Shown here: one piece after another, positions 28,918-32,000 of the stretch
Layout: every line of letters starts with the position of its first letter
How positions within the stretch are numbered: position 1 is the first letter of the stretch
From: a cyanobacterium endosymbiont of Braarudosphaera bigelowii
GTDB lineage: Bacteria > Cyanobacteriota > Cyanobacteriia > Cyanobacteriales > Microcystaceae
Direction: 5' to 3'
DNA length: 32,000 bases
NCBI RefSeq assembly: GCF_020885515.1
Contig: NZ_AP024987.1
Location: 870,001-902,000 of the forward strand
The notes under the pieces: generated by a model
Databases searched by the model: none
What the model was told of the DNA's origin: nothing
What the model saw: only the letters and a program-made list of their open reading frames with translations
Made by a program: the position numbers and the translations under genes

Positions 28918-30034
28918 AAATACTTAAAACATATTCTCCTTGATTAACTGAAAAATTAGTAGATAGATCAAAAACAAAGCCGGCTTTTTCTGCATAAATA
29001 TCTATAACCTCAGGCAATTTTCCCTGCTTGTTAAAACTTATAATTTGATAAAGTCTATCCCCTGTTTTTACTTGAGTTTTAAGAATTAATCTACTTTGAA
29101 TCATTCCTCCCGTTGGAGCGTAATAATTTTTTATTTTTTCACGAGAAACTAAATGTATTTTTGTTTTCCCTAAAGAATAATTATGTAATTTCAATATATT
29201 TTTTTTTACCAAATAATTTTTAATTCCAGAAACTCCAGCAATTACAGATTTTGGCTGCATTTCCATTCCTGAACCTAATTCTAATGTCCATGATTCTCGA
29301 TCAATGACTATTTCTCTTCCTAATTTTCGAAACTCTTTTTGTAATGCTAACCAAGGCTTTAAAAAAGCTTCATCAAAGCTATCTCCATCAAAGGTATTCA
29401 TTAGAATTCCATAATCAAGTTTGAAATATATAGCATTTTCTTCTTGTTCTCCGGGAAAACAGAAAAGGTAGTCTATACATTTATTGCTTGAACTATGAAT
29501 ATCAATTAAATAATTTGCATCCATAGCAAGAGATTGCAGTTTATAGCGATATTGTTCGAACAAAGGGGCACTACTAGGGCTTTGGATTTTTTCAGCATGT
29601 TGAGAGAATGCAGCTTTTTGTTGTTTTAAAAAGTTTTCTCGTATTGTTAAACAATCAAAATTAAAGTTATTTTTAACAAAATCTTTTAAGCCAAGAAAAA
29701 CCTTTTCATAATCCCAAAATATTCTATTCCAGTCCTTACCATCATAACTATTGAAACGTCCTGATGAAAAAAAATGATTTCTTTGATTCGTTCCTAACGG
29801 ATTACATACTGGAACTAACCATATTTCTCCATCAATTTGATTTTTATCCAGAGTAGATAAAAAATCAACTAGTTGATGAATCACTGAATTACCTACAATT
29901 TCTGAACCGTGTAAGTTAGATTGAATATAGATTTTCTTATCGCTTTGCTTACCGATAAACTTATATATTTGAATGGATATTTCGTCTCCAGAAGCAAGTT
30001 TAAATAAATTTAATATCTCAATATTTGGTTTCAT
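28904..30034 (-). CDS. Succinylglutamate desuccinylase/aspartoacylase-type (M14-like) zinc hydrolase
   Basis: 376 aa. IYIQSNLHGSEIVGNSVIHQL (HxxE), LVPVCNPLGTNQR, YLIDIHSS, WTLELGSG, APTGGMIQSRLILKTQVKTGDRLYQI. Overlaps the PBP2 3' end by 14 bp, tail to tail. Confidence 0.82.
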   Translation of the reverse strand: MKPNIEILNLFKLASGDEISIQIYKFIGKQSDKKIYIQSNLHGSEIVGNSVIHQLVDFLSTLDKNQIDGEIWLVPVCNPLGTNQRNHFFSSGRFNSYDGKDWNRIFWDYEKVFLGLKDFVKNNFNFDCLTIRENFLKQQKAAFSQHAEKIQSPSSAPLFEQYRYKLQSLAMDANYLIDIHSSSNKCIDYLFCFPGEQEENAIYFKLDYGILMNTFDGDSFDEAFLKPWLALQKEFRKLGREIVIDRESWTLELGSGMEMQPKSVIAGVSGIKNYLVKKNILKLHNYSLGKTKIHLVSREKIKNYYAPTGGMIQSRLILKTQVKTGDRLYQIISFNKQGKLPEVIDIYAEKAGFVFDLSTNFSVNQGEYVLSIFSLN

Positions 30035-30132
30035 TGAATTTTTTATAAAAAACTAATTAGATAAATACAAACGATTTTTAGTTCTCTATTCTTTGAGGAT
30101 AACTAATATTAGACTGATGATATAACATATCC

Positions 30133-32000
30133 TTAGTCTTGTTTATATGCTTCCATTCCATCACATGAACATACAAGATTTCTATCTCCAAACGCATTAT
30201 CAATACGTCCTACTGATGGCCAGAATTTATTTTTTTTTGTCCAAGGAGAGGGATAAGCAGCTTTTTCTCTCGAATAAGGCCGATTCCATTCGTCACAAGC
30301 TATTTCTATAGCAGTATGAGGACAGTTTTTTAAGGGATTATTGGTACGGTCAATTTCACCACTTGCAATCATTTTTACTTCTTCATAGATTGCTATCATA
30401 GCATTACAGAAACGATCTAATTCTGGTAGATTTTCACTTTCAGTTGGCTCTATCATCATTGTTCCTATTACAGGCCAAGAGATTGTAGGTGCATGAAAGC
30501 CAAAGTCCATTAATCTTTTTGCAACATCTTCTACTTCGATTGACGTCTGTTTTTTAAGAGGGCGTAGATCAATAATGCATTCATGTGCTACATATCCAGA
30601 ATCTCCTTTGAATAAAATAGGATAGTAACTAGATAAACGATGAGCAATATAGTTAGCATTAAGAATAGCTATCTTTGTAGCTTGAGTTAAGCCTTTACTC
30701 CCCATCATAGCAATATACATCCAAGAAATTACTAAAATATTAGCACTCCCCCATGGGGCAGCAGATACTGCACCTATAGAATCAAGATTTACTTCTTTAA
30801 TATCATAAGGATTCATATATTTTTCTATGTTGGTATTAGGAAGAAAACGGACAAGATGAGACTTAACGCCGATAGGTCCTACTCCTGGACCTCCTCCTCC
30901 GTGAGGAATACAAAAAGTTTTATGTAAATTTAGGTGACAAACATCGGCTCCGATATCAGCAGGACGCATTAGTCCAACTTGAGCATTCATATTGGCCCCA
31001 TCCATATAAACTTGTCCACCATGATGATGAATAATACTACAAATATCTATGATTTGTTTCTCAAAAACCCCATGGGTGGAAGGATAGGTAATCATTAATG
31101 CTGCTAAATTATGTTCATACATTTTAGCTTTTTGTTTTAAATCTAAAATGTCTATATTTCCATTTTTATCGCACTTTACTACTATAACTGTCATGCCACA
31201 CATTACTGCACTAGCAGGGTTTGTCCCGTGAGCAGATTCAGGAATGAGACATATATTTCTTTGAATTTCTTTATGCGCTTTATGATAGCGAAGAATTACT
31301 TGCAATCCTGCATATTCACCCTGAGAACCTGCATTGGGCTGCAATGATATTCCAGAAAAACCTGTTATCTCTCCTAACCATTGTTCTAATTGCTGAAACA
31401 AGATACCATATCCTAGTGCTTGGTCAAGAGGAACAAAAGGGTGAATTTTACTGAACTCAGGCCAAGTTACAGGCGTCATCTCTGCAGTAGCATTTAATTT
31501 CATAGTACATGATCCTAGAGGGATCATAGAAGTATTTAAGGCTAAGTCTTTTTTTTCTAGCTGATGCAAATATCTAATGAGTTCATTCTCAGAATGATAG
31601 CTACTAAAAATTGGATCTATAAGATATGGTGTAGTACGTTCGAGATTAAGGGGCAAATGAAAATCTGCTTTATTTATTACTTCTTCGATAGAAAATGGTA
31701 GCTTATCTTGTTCCGCAAAAATTTGCCAGAGCTCAACTATATCATCAACAGTTGTAGTTTCATTTAGACTAATGCTGATTACCCCTTTCTTGAATAATCG
31801 TAAATTTACCTTTTTCTCTAACGCTGTTTCAATAATTCTATTTTGTCTATCTTTCTCTAAACTTAAGTTAATCGTATCAAAAAATGGATCATTGCTTACA
31901 ACATAATTTAACTTTTTTAGACCATCTTTTAGTATGACAGCTAGTTTATATATTTTTAAAGAAATATTTTTTATCCCTTCAGGTCCATGATAAACAGCAT
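30133..32000 (-). CDS. gcvP: Glycine dehydrogenase (decarboxylating), P protein, 5' end outside window
   Basis: Listed ORF start (31656, TTG) is internal. The frame is open to the window end and reads [11 protein letters not shown]...[29 protein letters not shown]...; PLP-lysine region [24 protein letters not shown]; [16 protein letters not shown]. Confidence 0.97.
   Translation of the reverse strand, partial: AVYHGPEGIKNISLKIYKLAVILKDGLKKLNYVVSNDPFFDTINLSLEKDRQNRIIETALEKKVNLRLFKKGVISISLNETTTVDDIVELWQIFAEQDKLPFSIEEVINKADFHLPLNLERTTPYLIDPIFSSYHSENELIRYLHQLEKKDLALNTSMIPLGSCTMKLNATAEMTPVTWPEFSKIHPFVPLDQALGYGILFQQLEQWLGEITGFSGISLQPNAGSQGEYAGLQVILRYHKAHKEIQRNICLIPESAHGTNPASAVMCGMTVIVVKCDKNGNIDILDLKQKAKMYEHNLAALMITYPSTHGVFEKQIIDICSIIHHHGGQVYMDGANMNAQVGLMRPADIGADVCHLNLHKTFCIPHGGGGPGVGPIGVKSHLVRFLPNTNIEKYMNPYDIKEVNLDSIGAVSAAPWGSANILVISWMYIAMMGSKGLTQATKIAILNANYIAHRLSSYYPILFKGDSGYVAHECIIDLRPLKKQTSIEVEDVAKRLMDFGFHAPTISWPVIGTMMIEPTESENLPELDRFCNAMIAIYEEVKMIASGEIDRTNNPLKNCPHTAIEIACDEWNRPYSREKAAYPSPWTKKNKFWPSVGRIDNAFGDRNLVCSCDGMEAYKQD

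Noticed and set aside
1-32000. CRISPR array, transposon/IS, prophage, toxin-antitoxin, restriction-modification or other defence system
   Set aside because: No regularly spaced repeats, transposase/integrase motifs, Cas, methyltransferase or toxin-like ORFs were found; gene content is housekeeping.

Overview
This 32 kb window looks like ordinary core chromosome from a reduced, AT-rich cyanobacterium. Gene content and low GC suggest a UCYN-A / 'Candidatus Atelocyanobacterium thalassa'-like nitroplast lineage; that assignment is inference, since no database search was possible. Supported genes, in order: sbcC-like ATPase (5'-truncated), dnaB, a UbiB/ABC1 kinase, a DUF4168-like secreted protein, tRNA-Lys, a phytol/dolichol-kinase-like protein, aat, rpsN, a ctp-type S41 protease, tRNA-Pro, a Ycf52-like GNAT, a small membrane protein, petA and petC, ggpS, two small hypotheticals, a 345-aa HTH-like protein, tRNA-Phe, a phasin-like protein, an FKBP PPIase, accC, a histidine kinase with a degenerate ATP-binding domain, ndhS, an SLC13/TrkA-C transporter, PBP2, an AstE/AspA-like metallopeptidase, and gcvP (running off the window end). 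I found no CRISPR array, mobile element, toxin-antitoxin pair, defence island or biosynthetic cluster. The items most worth a second look are: (i) a set of long perfect inverted repeats in gene gaps, the most extreme having a 37-bp arm that touches the FKBP stop codon; (ii) a block of apparently decayed coding fragments between the histidine kinase and ndhS; (iii) the pseudokinase-like histidine kinase; (iv) the uncharacterised 345-aa protein. I do not see a convincing new multigene system here.
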